This document shows, in pieces, positions 51,819 to 63,525 of a stretch of 64,000 nucleotides of DNA. The position numbers and the translations under genes are program-made. This DNA comes from Octopus sinensis (lineage: Eukaryota): the NCBI RefSeq assembly GCF_006345805.1, contig NC_042999.1:139004001-139068000 (forward strand). Reading direction: 5' to 3'. The first letter of the stretch is position 1. Each line of letters starts with the position of its first letter. The notes below the pieces were generated by a model. That model saw only the letters and a program-made list of their open reading frames with translations. It did no database searches and was not told where the DNA came from.

Positions 51819-52940
51819 TCAGGTCATCCCATAAGTTCTGTCCGATTTTACCTTTTTTTATAATTGAATGAAATTTAATAGTATTTTAGAATGTCTAATG
51901 GAATTAAAAATTAATTTTATGCATTTGTGTACATTTAAACTAACTAAATATTATTTTACAGAATAATAGAATTAAAATTTCTTTGATTGAAATCCTTTCT
52001 AACATGGAAGTATCCAAAGAGCATTTAAGGTACATAATGCTTTATGAGTACAAAAAAGGAAACTCTGCAGCCGAAGCCACTCGAAACATACACCCAGTTT
52101 ATGGGAAAGAATGCTTGAATGAAAGAACACGCAGAAGATGGTTTGCAAAATTCAGAAGTGGAGATTTCAGCCTTGAAGATGAAGGTTCCTAATCTTGGAA
52201 AATGGGTGCATCATAAATTGCCCGAAGGCAACCGCAAATCCTTTGTTGACATCTGCTATTCTCTCCATTCTCACGAACTCATTTCACCCTTTTTCGATAG
52301 ACTTGTGACTGGTGACGAAAAATGAATCTTCTATCGAAATGTTAAACGTCGTAAACAGTGACTTGGTAAAAGGGGAAAAGCTCAACCACAACTGAAAAGG
52401 GAACTTCATGGGGAAAAAGGTTCTTCTCTCTATCTGGTGGGATTGCAAAGGAGTAATTCACTTTGAATTGTTATCACCTAATGCAACAATCAATGATCAA
52501 GTATACTGTCGGCAATTAAAGCGTTAAAGACCCACTTTAGTGAATCGAAAAGGAGTGATGTTTCATCAGGACAATGCGCAAACCCACACTGCAAATATCA
52601 CATCACAGAAAATCGAAGAGCTTGGTTGGGAAAAAATTCCTCATTCACCTTATTCTCCTGATCTTGCTCCTTCAGACTTCCATTTGTTTCGTAGTTTATA
52701 GAATCATCTGGAGGACATAACTTTCGCAAGCCAGAAGGAGGTCGAAACTAACATTTCAGAGTTCTTCGCTTTGAAATCAAAAGAGTTTTACATTGATGGG
52801 ATTAAAAAGCTTGTAAATAGATGGAAGGAAGTCATAGATAATCAGGGAAAGTACATTGATGATTAAATTTCAATTAAATATAACATTTGACCACTTGTTT
52901 TCTTTATTCAAAATTCGGGCAGAACTTGTGGGTGACCTGA
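51819..52940 (+). mobile_element. Defective mariner (DD34D) transposon
   Basis: TIRs TCAGGTCATCCCATAAGTTCTGTCCGATTTT / AAAATTCGGGCAGAACTTGTGGGTGACCTGA with TA TSD (51817-51818, 52941-52942). Transposase remnants from ATG 52004 to stop ~52866: MEVSKEHLRYIMLYEY, TGDEK, WWDCKG, HQDNA, PYSPDLAPSDFHLF. Contains stops, frameshifts and an internal deletion. Confidence 0.95.
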
Positions 52941-54229
52941 TACTTTAATTTATCGACTTCATAGGGATGAAAGGGAAATTTAGACCGAAGAGTCGGAAGA
53001 CATACAGCAAGGCATTTTGTTCGAGTTCTTATATAGGCACAAAGCCATACACTTTTGGTGAGGGAGGAGAGATACTGACGATTATATTAATCCACCCACA
53101 CCCACGAGTGGTTGATAGATATTATGTTAGTACCGAAGGAGGATGAAATATCAACTTTGGCAGGAGTCGAACTCGGAATGTATGATAAAAGGACGAAACT
53201 AAATACTGCAAAGTTTAATGTTTCCTAATAGTAGATACAAGAACAATAATTTCAAGGTTGTGGGAGTTAGTCGATCACGTCAACTCCAATATCTGGATTA
53301 GTATTTTATTAGCTCCGAAAGGAGAACGTAAAAAGTGAAATCAAATATGGAGAAGGATTTTTTTCCAACACCCTAACCATTCTGCCAATCCAGTCAGACA
53401 CTATTTCTGCCAATTCACCACTCTCCTTGTGATGATGATAAGCAGAAATTCCACGTTTTATAAATGCTCTTTGTTCTGTTTCGACGTATAAATTTATTGA
53501 TCTTTATAACATTGTTTCGTTATGCTTACTACTTTCATTTCGTTCCATAGTTAAAACGATTGAAAGCATAGTGCTTGAACTTGCTTCATTATGCTAAAAA
53601 TGTCCATTATATCTTTGATTTCATTCTATAAAGTTGTTGAAAACGTAATACTCGAATACACGCCCTGACAAGTAAAATAATAAACGGAAGTGCCCGTAGA
53701 AATTCAACGGCCCATTTTATGGCATAGTGTCAGCAATTAACATTTCCCCCACTCAGTAGTAATATTCTGTCATTTCCTTCATAATCCTTTAATTTCTAGG
53801 AAATCTTGAATATTCTCTTTGGTCTGGTTTTCGCTTCTTGCCTGTTTCTTCATTCTTGTTTGAAATAATATTCTTGCCTATCATCACCATTCATATTTTG
53901 CTTTCTCATTTGATTAACAGTTCTCATTTCCCACTCCCTATTAGCTTTAGCTTCGTCGTTCGTCATACGACATCGTTTAACTCAGTTATTCGCATTAATT
54001 TCATTCTTTTTCTTCTGAGTTAATGTTTTTCGTTGTTCCAGATCCTCCTGTATTTCTAATTCCCATTTCTTCTTTTAGCTCTTTCCCCAATCTTTTCCTC
54101 TATCTTCTATGCCTTTCTCGCTTCAGGTCTTGTAGTTATACAAGAAATTTATATTATACTGATGAACAAAGGATTAATGATCATACAGCTCAAGTAAAAG
54201 AACCTTCTTCGATTTCAGCGATGAGTATT

Positions 54230-54680
54230 TCAAATGGTCGATCAATTGAACTCCATACGCATTGAATGGTTGAGTATTCCAATTACATTTGTACTCACGA
54301 CATATTCCTCAGACAGAATCCGAATGATAAATCTGTTTTTTTTTTTTGTATTAGCACAACCTAGTTCGTCTATCCAATTTAAAACAACAGTTGAATCAAC
54401 CCGGGTCTGTGGTAAAAGGCTCTTGCCGAATATCATGCGCCACGAGATAGAACACGAGATTTCTTGATTGCTTAGTTATGCCAGCGTCCACGATTACACA
54501 TTTATGATGATGTTCACCCCATTCACAACTGCACAATACACCTACAATCGCGAAACTATTTATACAGTATCTATCGTAAAAAACATCTCTGTTCCTTTAA
54601 CACTGACTCGTGCTTCCTTTGAAACGGTACGTGACTATGTCACCACTCCTACAACACGGTCTCTTGACCTACTTTAAATA
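54230..54680 (-). mobile_element. Possible BEL/Pao LTR-retrotransposon RNase H remnant
   Basis: DSTVVLNWI...NRFIIRIL..EYVVSTN resembles the BEL/Pao DSxxVLxWI...NRVxxI...WxxVxT motif. The similarity is weak. Confidence 0.3.
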
Positions 54681-54988
54681 ATCATAAAATCTTTCTCAAA
54701 ACTTACATCCTTAAAAAAATAGGAGAATGACATATTAGATTAGTCTTAGATATCGCTAAAAGCCCAAGATAGTTATAGTTGGAATGCCTTTGATTATAAG
54801 TTTGCTGGGTCGAAGTTAACCTAACACTAAAGAACTTACTGGACGTACTTTCTAGCTCAAATAAGTTACCACTTCTTTCTCATTCATTTTGCACTATCAC
54901 CAACTTTCTATTTTACATATTCATTTAACGCCTTCTATGTTGGACTTTCTGTCTCTGGAATAGCGACGTAGCCAGAGCTTGTGCCGCC

Positions 54989-55511
54989 CGCGAAATTTTT
55001 TTTCCACGAGAGTTTCGGACCCCAGTTATGAAGACATTTCCATACAGCCAATCAGAGCTCAACTATAAAACTAATTTATGAGCGCATAACAAGTGATGGG
55101 CAATACGATAAGGTCACTTGGGTAAGGAATGACCATGCTTTTTTTCTCTTTTAATAATGCTTCTTGTTCTTGTTTCAACCATGGCTGCTTCTGCGTAGTT
55201 ATTGGTGTTGTTGTTTACTTTTTAAAACATCACCCTCTACCCACATTTTTCCCATCCACATCTTTACCATATGGGGACCTAACAAAATCCGATAATAGGT
55301 ATAGATGCAAATCTATCTAATTACTTGTCTCCTTCTAAAATCGGGCATAACTTGGCGATTGGTCGACTTACAACACCGTTCTTCGTCTTGAGTTTACTTG
55401 GTAGAGTGTGTTTGTTAACTTGACAATAAGGTCAAAGTGAGCTTTGATTGGTTGTATGCAAATGAGTTCATTACTGGGGTCAGAAACTCTCGTGGGAAAA
55501 AAATATTCGCG
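54989..55511. mobile_element. MITE with ~73-bp terminal inverted repeats (superfamily unassigned)
   Basis: 54989-55061 versus 55438-55511 share CGCGAA..TTTT..CCACGAGAGTTTC.GACCCCAGT.ATGAA..CATTT.CATACA.CCAATCA.AGCTCA. Confidence 0.75.
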
Positions 55512-56617
55512 TACTGCCCAGTACAATTTAAAAATTTTTTCTCCTTCACTCCAAAAAATTATTCATAAATTAGGTACAGGGCTAGACATTTTGGGAGGTG
55601 GGTTAGACCATTAAATCGAACCCACTACTTGACAGGAACTTTATTGCATCCATCCCTTAAAGATGAAAATAAAAACTGACCTCGGTGAGAATCGAAATCG
55701 CAGCATAAAGAGCCGTAACCCTAAAGATTTCACCTGCCAGTCTGACGTCCTTAATTTTCTTCCTTTGTATAAGACCAGAAATTAGAAAGGAAGGAGTAGA
55801 CCCTAATAACTGATAGGTAAACCTTGGCAGAATTTAAATACAAAACTACAACAAATACCATAAGACAATCCGCCCGACGCTTTAACCGTTCTGCCAATCC
55901 ACTGCCCTGCCCTGCACTCCCATTCGTAAAATACAATATATACAGCAAAAGTGCCACTCCCCAAAGTAGCGATCCTCCCCGCGTAGCCAGATCGCTCTCC
56001 CATCCCACCACCTTTAGCTGTGCTAACGTTAAACCTGTGATAATTCGACCTGGCTTCAGTCACACTTTCAAGCTACTGCGAGTTTCCAAGGTCACTGGAA
56101 CTCATATTTAAGGAATATAAAAGGATATAAGGGTGCGTTGTAGTAACTGATACTTAAATCAGTATAGTTAACAATCACTAACGTTTTCCAGCAATTTACA
56201 CTGACACACAATTACAAATCAACTTCACAAAATTACAAACTAATTTGGGAACTCACATCGTTACAGACTAAACTTCGACGTCTTTTAGGGGAACTATTAT
56301 ATTGTTTATATAAAAGATCGGTTTATTACTATGGCTTCCTCCGAATGTGTAACTATAGGGACTCCCATTAAATGTCTACTCCCTTGTCCACTGCGACTAA
56401 TACTGACGAGGAAGCCTCTGCTCACTCACTCAAAACCAGTAGAAATAACAGTCAACTCTCCCTCATATCATCACAATACTGTCTTTAAAAAGAGAAAGGT
56501 ACATTGGATAATGTGCTTCTAAATAAACAGCTTAAAAAAAAAAGACGAAGCATTACGGGTGAGTATTTCGTTATGCTCGACTTGGGGCTAAAAAAACAAA
56601 ACAAAACAAAAAACTCG

Positions 56618-56955
56618 AGTAGCTTGCTTACAAACCACACACATGGTTCCGGGTTCAGTCCCACTGCATGGCACCTTGGGCAAGTGCCTTCTGCTATAGC
56701 ATCGGGCCGACCAAAGCCTTGTGAGTGGATTAGGTAGATGGAAACTGTGTGTGTATGTGTGTGCGTCTGTGTTTGTTCCCCAACCATCGCTTGACAACAG
56801 ATGCTGGTGTGTTTACCCGTAACTTAGCGGTTCGGCAAAAGAGACCGATAGAATAAGTACTAGGCTCACAAAGAATAAGTTCTGGGGTCGATTTGTTCGA
56901 CTAAAAGCTGTGGTCCAGCATGGCCGCAGACAAATGACTGAAACAAATCAAAGAG
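56618..56955 (+). mobile_element. SINE family A copy (5' slightly truncated)
   Basis: Colinear with 47020-47410. Confidence 0.85.
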
Positions 56956-57512
56956 TATTAGGTTAAAGGTCTCCCATTCCCAGTGGTACTATAACATTAA
57001 TGAAAGCGACACCAACATATGACTGCTATATTGCATATGCTGTCAAAGTTTATAAAAGTTCAATTAGTCCAGGGTCCGGGTAGCCAAAGAAAGTCCCTTG
57101 AAAATTTGACAGGTCTACTTCCTGAAGAAAAAAAAAATGAAAACCCCCAAACTCACACATAGCTTACTTGAATTTATGGAGGAATCCCCACCAACTCCTA
57201 AATTGGAAAGTTGCCTGGTTTCCTCCTTGCAAAATTTTTCTCGGAGGCTCTACATGCCGACAATGCAATTAAATGTTCAAAGCCGGTTACGGAGGGATTT
57301 GAAGTTAGAACGTTAAAAAAAAAAAAAAAAAAAACTAGTACGCAGCCAAAATTTTGTAATGTACTTTAGTCAGATGATCATCCACTGCACCACCTCGAAG
57401 TAATTAATGTACAGACGACACGTATTTGCACAAACAGTGCGGTGAAATCTGCAGCGCAAAATATTTTCTGTCGATTTGGCATTTTAGGTTTCGTTAAACA
57501 CGAAAAAGTTAA

Positions 57513-57543
<31 letters not shown>

Positions 57544-58138
57544 AAGGTCTTATTTTCACTGAACATAACTGCAACACAAATTCATTAGCATTACGAAATA
57601 AGAAAGAATTCTTCGGAGTGGATGAGAAATGTGTGAATAACGACACCAAGTGTCATTATTCAGCGCTTTCCATTTTTTTTAACAAGTGCAGCCTTTTGGG
57701 ACCAAGTTTTGATAAATTTTAAGGATCACACTATCGTAGACAGTTTAATACTTAAAAAAAAGTTAGAACTTATGCCGCGAACCAATTTTGTACATCTGTT
57801 CTAGAATGTACTGAAAAATCTTAATTTTAAAACAATATTCTTGCCTTAGTAAATCCGTCCGGTCACGAGCAGAAATATCCATCAATGGGTGATAATCTTG
57901 ACTTCTTGATATGGATAGTGGCATCTAGCATATCGGATAAGTTCGATTCCACCCATCAAAGACATCGAACGTCGTGCCGAACAAAATAATAATCGGTAGT
58001 ATTTATTTTCAGTTAGGTGGACAACGTCGAAAACTACCAGTCTCAGTACAAAAAATACCGACAGCGCAGTTTGTTAACCGCAATACAGCCACCTGTGATC
58101 TCATAATTTGCATAAAGTTATAAATAACTATAAGAGAT

Positions 58139-58285
58139 TGATTTATAACAGAGAAATAAGAATTTAGATTTATAAGTGACTGTACATATGAAAGATATTT
58201 TAGGGTTTAGAATTGATTTATAACAGAAGAATAAGAATTTAGATTTATAAGGGATTGTACATATGAAAGGCATTTTAGGGTTATA
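58139..58285. repeat. ~75-bp tandem duplication
   Basis: gatttataacaga..aataagaatttagatttataag...tgtacatatgaaag..attttaggg occurs twice. Confidence 0.85.
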
Positions 58286-58364
58286 AGTAAAATTGAAAAG
58301 ATTTAGTGATTAGATATAGAGTCAAACATCGATTGTTATAATGCAACCGTAATTCTTTTTACAT

Positions 58365-58435
58365 TCTATAAATATGTGCCCTTTTTATATTCCTTAAATA
58401 TGTGCCTACTTTTATATTCCTTAAATATGTGCCCT
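58365..58435. repeat. ~27-bp minisatellite (taaatatgtgcc..ttttatattcct), about 2.5 units
   Basis: Direct reading of the sequence. Confidence 0.85.
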
Positions 58436-58725
58436 ACTGGAAACACGCAGTAACTTTTACGGTTGCAATCAGATCCTTGAATTAACGTATGTTTATTGAA
58501 TGTGGAATGCAGATGAGAAGAGAATCTTAGAGTACCAGCGTAGCTAAGAAAGAGGCCAGCGTTGATCCTTTCGGGTGTCATTTTTCTTTTTGGCGGGTGG
58601 GCTATTTTTGATGTGTATTATGTATTTTTCTGGAGTCAGGACACAAATTTAAGAGATGCTGAAAGTTCGCTTCAACTCGGTATTTACAGCAGCAGCAGTA
58701 TGAACCGGTGAGAATGCCCCTACAT

Positions 58726-58982
58726 CAGTGATGGGTAAACTTTTTAGTGCCAATGCAAATTGCAAGTGCACAAGAGCCCGTCTGTACTGATAAAATTGCA
58801 AGAGCTCGTCTGTACTAATAAAAATAATGAATATCATTTTACAAATTAGATATGCAAATATATTAAATTACTGTTTTAATTTTTAGGCTTCAATCGAAAT
58901 TTTTTTTTCTCAAATGGGAGTTTTAGATATTTGGTAAGCAGATGTTTAAATCTGAGTATGAGCGAGGGGTTCTTCACTCCTG
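58726..58982. mobile_element. hAT-like MITE
   Basis: Left end CAGTGATGGGTAAACTTTTT, degenerate right end ...CACTCCTG; CCTACAT repeated exactly on both flanks. Confidence 0.55.
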
Positions 58983-60401
58983 CCTACATAGTCACTCGAT
59001 GCGCTAGAAATAGTAACCAAATCTCCTCTCCCCCAATCACACCATATCAACTAACAGGCAGAAAGAAAAAAAAAATAACAAAAAATTAGATAACGTAGTT
59101 TTAGATGCACAATGCATGAAAGCATGTTGGAATGGTCATGGATGGAAACTCTTCGATTATAATACATAGAACTAATGGACCGAACACATGAAAATTTATA
59201 CTGAGTTGCTGAAGTGAAAAAACAGAATGATGTTGCGAAAAAAAAAAAAAAAGCAATATCAATGCAGTTTCTTAAATAGTTATTAATGAAGGTGTTTCGT
59301 TAAAGTGAGTATGTGATACCGGTAGCAGGATAGTTGTTACAAATAAAGGTAGTTTTTCTTTGGCACAGTCCTTCCTCTAAAAAGTTAACATCGGATTAGA
59401 TTAACCCAGAGCAGTGGGGTTTAATAGAGTGAGAAAGGGTGGTTAGTACTGTAGTTATATTAGACTTTTAATAGAAATCTCATACGTTCAACCGACCTTG
59501 TGAGAAAAATAAATACACGTAATTATTCTACGACGAATTTAATGCATCAAACAGGATAGCAAGTGTATTTATTAATTAGCCCCCGAGAAAAATGAAGCCT
59601 GTCCATTTGTTGTTGTTATCTAATTTGATTATTGTAATTCGTTTAAACGTTTTGGATATCGCTTACCCCAGTAGTTTATACGGGACCCCTGAAAATGCTG
59701 GTTATGGATCAAATTCTTGCAGCTAGTATAAATAGGTAGTAGTGTTTTATTTTTAGCTGATAGAAAGGTTTGACAATTGACAATTTAAATTTTTCTTTTA
59801 ATTATTCTACGAGGGTCTGACTGGAAGAATTTATGTGTGTTATAGTCAGAAATATAGCAAAAAAAAAAAAAAAAAAAAATAAAAAAAAAATAAAGAAAAT
59901 CCGAAGACCCTGACTTTAGCAAAAAAAATGGAAAAGTTAATAAAAATCAAAGCACTTGCGCTAAGTAAAAAAAAAAAAAGAACATAAAACGAGAACAAAT
60001 TGTAAGTATGAAAGTGCACCTTGCGAAGAGAATGGAAAGGAGGAACATCGACGAACCGAAAACACCGGCTTCGATACCCGGTTCTAGCCAATTCTCGTTA
60101 CTTGTGTAATAACTTAAAGAAGAGAATACGATATTTCGTTATTCTGAGAATAAAGTTGCGAGAAATTCATAGAATTGTCATTCCGAACGTTATTATAATC
60201 TACAAGAGATCTGTTGTCGATTTTTGTTTAATAAATAGTAAGAAAGCAAATAATGAAGCTGTGACATTCATGCCTTTTCTAAAAGCAGTCGAAACAGTCG
60301 AGAATACAAATATATTTCGAAAGTTCCGTATGTTGATAGACATTGTGGCTATGTTACAGCTGCTGGTAGCGATGTATGTGGTAACAGTAGTTTCTACTTA
60401 C

Positions 60402-60475
60402 CTACGTCTATCTTTTACTAGGAGAGGTCAACTATATTCTGGCAACGAATCGACGCCAGACTACTGCTTTATATA
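60402..60475 (-). promoter_or_regulatory. Candidate TATA box plus short non-coding first exon
   Basis: Minus-strand TATATAAAG at 60475-60467, followed about 65 nt downstream by a consensus donor AG|GTAAGT (exon end 60402). No ATG in between. Confidence 0.3.
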
Positions 60476-60677
60476 TCGACGTGGATATGCATATTTAGAC
60501 ATAGAAAGGGAAAGAGAGAGGCATACACATATTACAATTATAGCAGCGTGTAAGCCGCCCAACCTTTGATATAAGGAGGACGTAATCACAAGATAAAACA
60601 GGGTCGGTACAGCTAAATTCGAAACTATTTCTCGCAGTCACTCCCACCACTTTAGAATCACAAGGTTAAAAACTCAC

Positions 60678-60684
60678 CGGGCAT
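60678..60684 (-). CDS. Candidate coding start of the galectin gene (ATG CCC G = Met-Pro-Val across a ~27.7 kb intron)
   Basis: Minus strand reads aaacaagATGCCCG|GTGAGT: a strong donor with A at -3. Its phase 1 matches the phase-1 acceptor at 32996, giving MPVDFGFKKKG. It sits in a CpG-rich region. The link is inferred and has no transcript evidence. Confidence 0.4.
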
Positions 60685-61010
60685 CTTGTTTCTTCCTCAA
60701 TTCCTCTTTTGCTCTTACTCGGTCTCTCTCACTTTTAGATTTCCTCTCCTCGTATTGTCTCTTTCTTTGCTGTTCTCTTTCCTTACCCCTCTCTCTGTCA
60801 CTGTGTGTTTGTATGTGTGTCTCTCTCTCTCTCTTACTTTCTTCACCATTCCCTCACACCTTCCCTCATTTTCAGCTTCTCCTTGCGTAAACTCTACTTT
60901 TCCATTATTTCACTCCGTCCTTCTCTTTTATTAGCGTCTCTTCTCACACTCAGTCCTTCCACTCTGTCTAATATCTTACACGCCTCTCTATCCATCTATC
61001 TGTATGACAA
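60685..61010 (-). promoter_or_regulatory. GA-rich tract upstream of the candidate start exon (possible 5'UTR/promoter)
   Basis: Pyrimidine-rich on plus, purine/GA-rich on minus, directly 5' of the candidate ATG and next to CpG-rich DNA. Function is inferred only. Confidence 0.25.
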
Positions 61011-61224
61011 TTCATTTTAAGCCTATCTTTCACACACCCACTGTCTTTCACATATATGCATATATCTATAATGAACTCGCTTATTTATACACGCCCCATT
61101 TTTAAAGTTTTCACACACACATACACACACACACACGAGTATGTATGCGTGTGTCTGCGTGTGTGTGCATGTGTGCGTGTGTGTGCATGTGTGTGTGTGT
61201 GCATATGTGTGTGTGTGTGTTATA

Positions 61225-61712
61225 TTTACGGAAGTCGGACCTTCGTAAAAACTTGAAGATCCATCTATTCGTTGCTGCAGTGGAGTCTGTGCTGTTGTAG
61301 GGGTCTGAGACTTTGACACTGATCAAGAAACGGTATTTACCCAAGAAACTCACTCAGACGGTGGATGGGTGCTACACGTAAATGCCGAGGATGGCTCCGA
61401 ACATTAATCAGTATGCGCCAAAGATGTGAGAACTCGGAGCTGTACGAGATCCCCGCAAAAGTTAGCTCGAAAATAACACAGAGTAGACTGAGGTTAGCTG
61501 GACATGCTCACCATCATTCAGAGTTGATATTGCACTCAGTGCTCCTGTGGGAGCCCCTACATGGACACACCAGGAGAGGAAGACCGAGGATGACATCTGT
61601 TGATACCCTAAGGACAGACACTGGTCTTTGGGAGACGCAGGACATGGTAGCGATGATGAAGGACAAGGACCGCTGGAGAGAACTCATCCATGGATCTCGG
61701 GAATTTTACCCG

Positions 61713-61716
<4 letters not shown>
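61225..61716 (+). mobile_element. 3' fragment of a second RTE-like LINE family
   Basis: LKIHLFVAAVESVLL*GSETLTL, DGCYT, RLRLAGHA, LLWEP.HG...RGRP, MMKDKDRWR. Confidence 0.85.
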
Positions 61717-61761
<45 letters not shown>

Positions 61762-61767
<6 letters not shown>

Positions 61768-62185
61768 ATATTAATTAGAGACAAAACCACTATTATGCAA
61801 ATCAAACAAAGAAAGACTTAATCCAATACATAAAAAATTTTATATAAATTAAAAAAATTAATTTCGCCACTACAATTGTTTCGTGTCTCTTCTAAGGACA
61901 TTCTTCATAAGGACTTCATAACTTAAAATTGAATAGAAGATCTGAAAACCACCTGATGAATGTCCTTAGAAGAGACACGAAACAATTGTAGTGGCGAAAT
62001 TAATTTTTTTAATTTATATAAAATTTTTTATGTATTGGATTAAGTCTTTCTTTGTTTGATTTGCATAATAGTGGTTTTGTCTCTAATTAATATTATATAA
62101 TATTTTACTATAAAATTGGATTCAATCCTAAATCTGATTTTTCCCTGTAAATTTGGATTTATTCCCTAATATTTATTATTATATA
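61762..62185. mobile_element. Young Penelope-type pLTR fold-back with 142-bp perfect arms, inserted in (TA)n
   Basis: 61762-61903 is the exact reverse complement of 61958-62099, with a 54-bp spacer. ATATATGTATATATA on both flanks is a possible TSD. Confidence 0.85.
61949..61994 (+). ncRNA. Minimal type I hammerhead ribozyme
   Basis: CCAC CTGATGA ATGTC cttagaaga GACAC GAA ACAATTGT A GTGG: GUA triplet (cleavage after 61990) and palindromic ACAATTGT stem III. The 10.1-11.1 pair is an A.C mismatch. Confidence 0.75.
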
Positions 62186-62264
62186 TGTATATATATATAT
62201 ATATACGAGCAAAACGCCCCCCCCCTTGTCATATGGACGGTGCTGAGTTGTCAAATATCTAAAC

Positions 62265-62324
62265 CAAATTTTCTCAAAACAGCTTGTCCGACCGTCCCAT
62301 AGGCCTCCCCTTTGAGAAACACTG
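62265..62324. mobile_element. 60-bp hAT (Charlie-like) micro-MITE
   Basis: CAAATTTTCTCAAA ... TTTGAGAAACACTG; flanks ATCTAAAC / ATTTAACC match at 6 of 8 positions. Confidence 0.5.
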
Positions 62325-62799
62325 ATTTAACCTAAATTTGAGACACCAAGAAAAGAAGAAAAAAAAAAAGACTTTTTTTCTATTCCAAAGAAAAATGATT
62401 TTATGCACACAAATATGCAACCGAAGAGTTTAAAGTACCAGTAATGATAAGGCTGTTGACCGGGAGAACACAAACATGGTTTAAATAGTAAGCTTGGCAG
62501 GAAAGAAACGTGCCTTTAAGCAGTATAAAAACAACAAAAAATGGAAGGTTGACGGAAGAAAAACAGGACAAAAACGATGCATGCAAATGGGTTAGCTGGA
62601 GGTAAATCTAGATGGAAAAGCATGATGAATTTATGAGAACGTACCTGGGACAATAATAAGTTTATCCGATAAAACATGTAGGAAATCAACTTGGGGCGAT
62701 TTTTGATGAAAAGCAACTACCTAGGGAGCTAAGTAACTAATTTTAAGCTAATTTACTTTACGGGATGTTCAAGGGCATGGAACAGTTAGTGGAGCGCAG

Positions 62800-63035
62800 C
62801 CTTGTAAACCACATTCCTGATGTACTTGCGCATACAAATGCACGTTTCCACGGCTTTATCGATCGCATTCTCACCTGGAATCGATTTTTGTAATTTTTTC
62901 AAGACTTATACACGCCCTGATACCGTCGGTATCTACATATCAAATTTAAGCGCAATCGGATGGAGGATGCCCGAGATCCTAGAAGACACACACACAGATA
63001 GAACGGATTTTATATATATATATATATATACATAC
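62800..63035 (+). mobile_element. Possible Helitron-derived non-autonomous repeat 3' end
   Basis: aaatttaagcgcaatcggatggagg...gacacacacacagatagaacggattttatatata resembles DINE/Lep1-type ends. Pattern recognition only. Confidence 0.35.
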
Positions 63036-63044
63036 CTTTTTTAA

Positions 63045-63321
63045 TCCTTTTACTTGTTTCATTGTCTGGCTGCGGCCATGTTGGAGCACCACCTTGAAGG
63101 GTTTTAGTCAAACACATCGACCCCAGGACTTATTTTTTAAAACCTAGTACCTATTCTATCGGTTGATTTTGCCGATCCGCTAGGTTACAGTGATGTAAAC
63201 ACACCAACCTCGGTTTTCAAGCGTTGATAGGACGACAAACACACACATAAATATATACGTATACATACATACAAACACACACACATAGATACATACATAT
63301 ACATACATACATAAATACATA

Positions 63322-63350
<29 letters not shown>
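63045..63350 (-). mobile_element. SINE family A, 3' half
   Basis: Family A tail and body up to the internal microsatellite. Confidence 0.8.
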
Positions 63351-63401
<51 letters not shown>

Positions 63402-63405
<4 letters not shown>

Positions 63406-63525
63406 GTTGTTCGGAAAGTTCGTGCCGGTTTATAGTAGCTTACCTTTCGACTTATTTTAGAACATGTTTGAGTCCATGAAATAGGATTTGACTACACCTC
63501 CATTTAGAACAAAGTCTAAGCTGTC
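63402..63525. mobile_element. Mariner-like terminal fragment at a (TA)n tract
   Basis: TTGGGTTGTTCGGAAAGTTCGTGCCG directly after TA; no partner TIR within the window. Confidence 0.45.

Noticed and set aside
60021-60569. 182-aa plus-strand ORF
   Set aside because: It starts at TTG, has no recognisable domain, and runs into (GA)n-derived ERERER. It is better explained as chance in a CpG-rich putative promoter or first-intron region.
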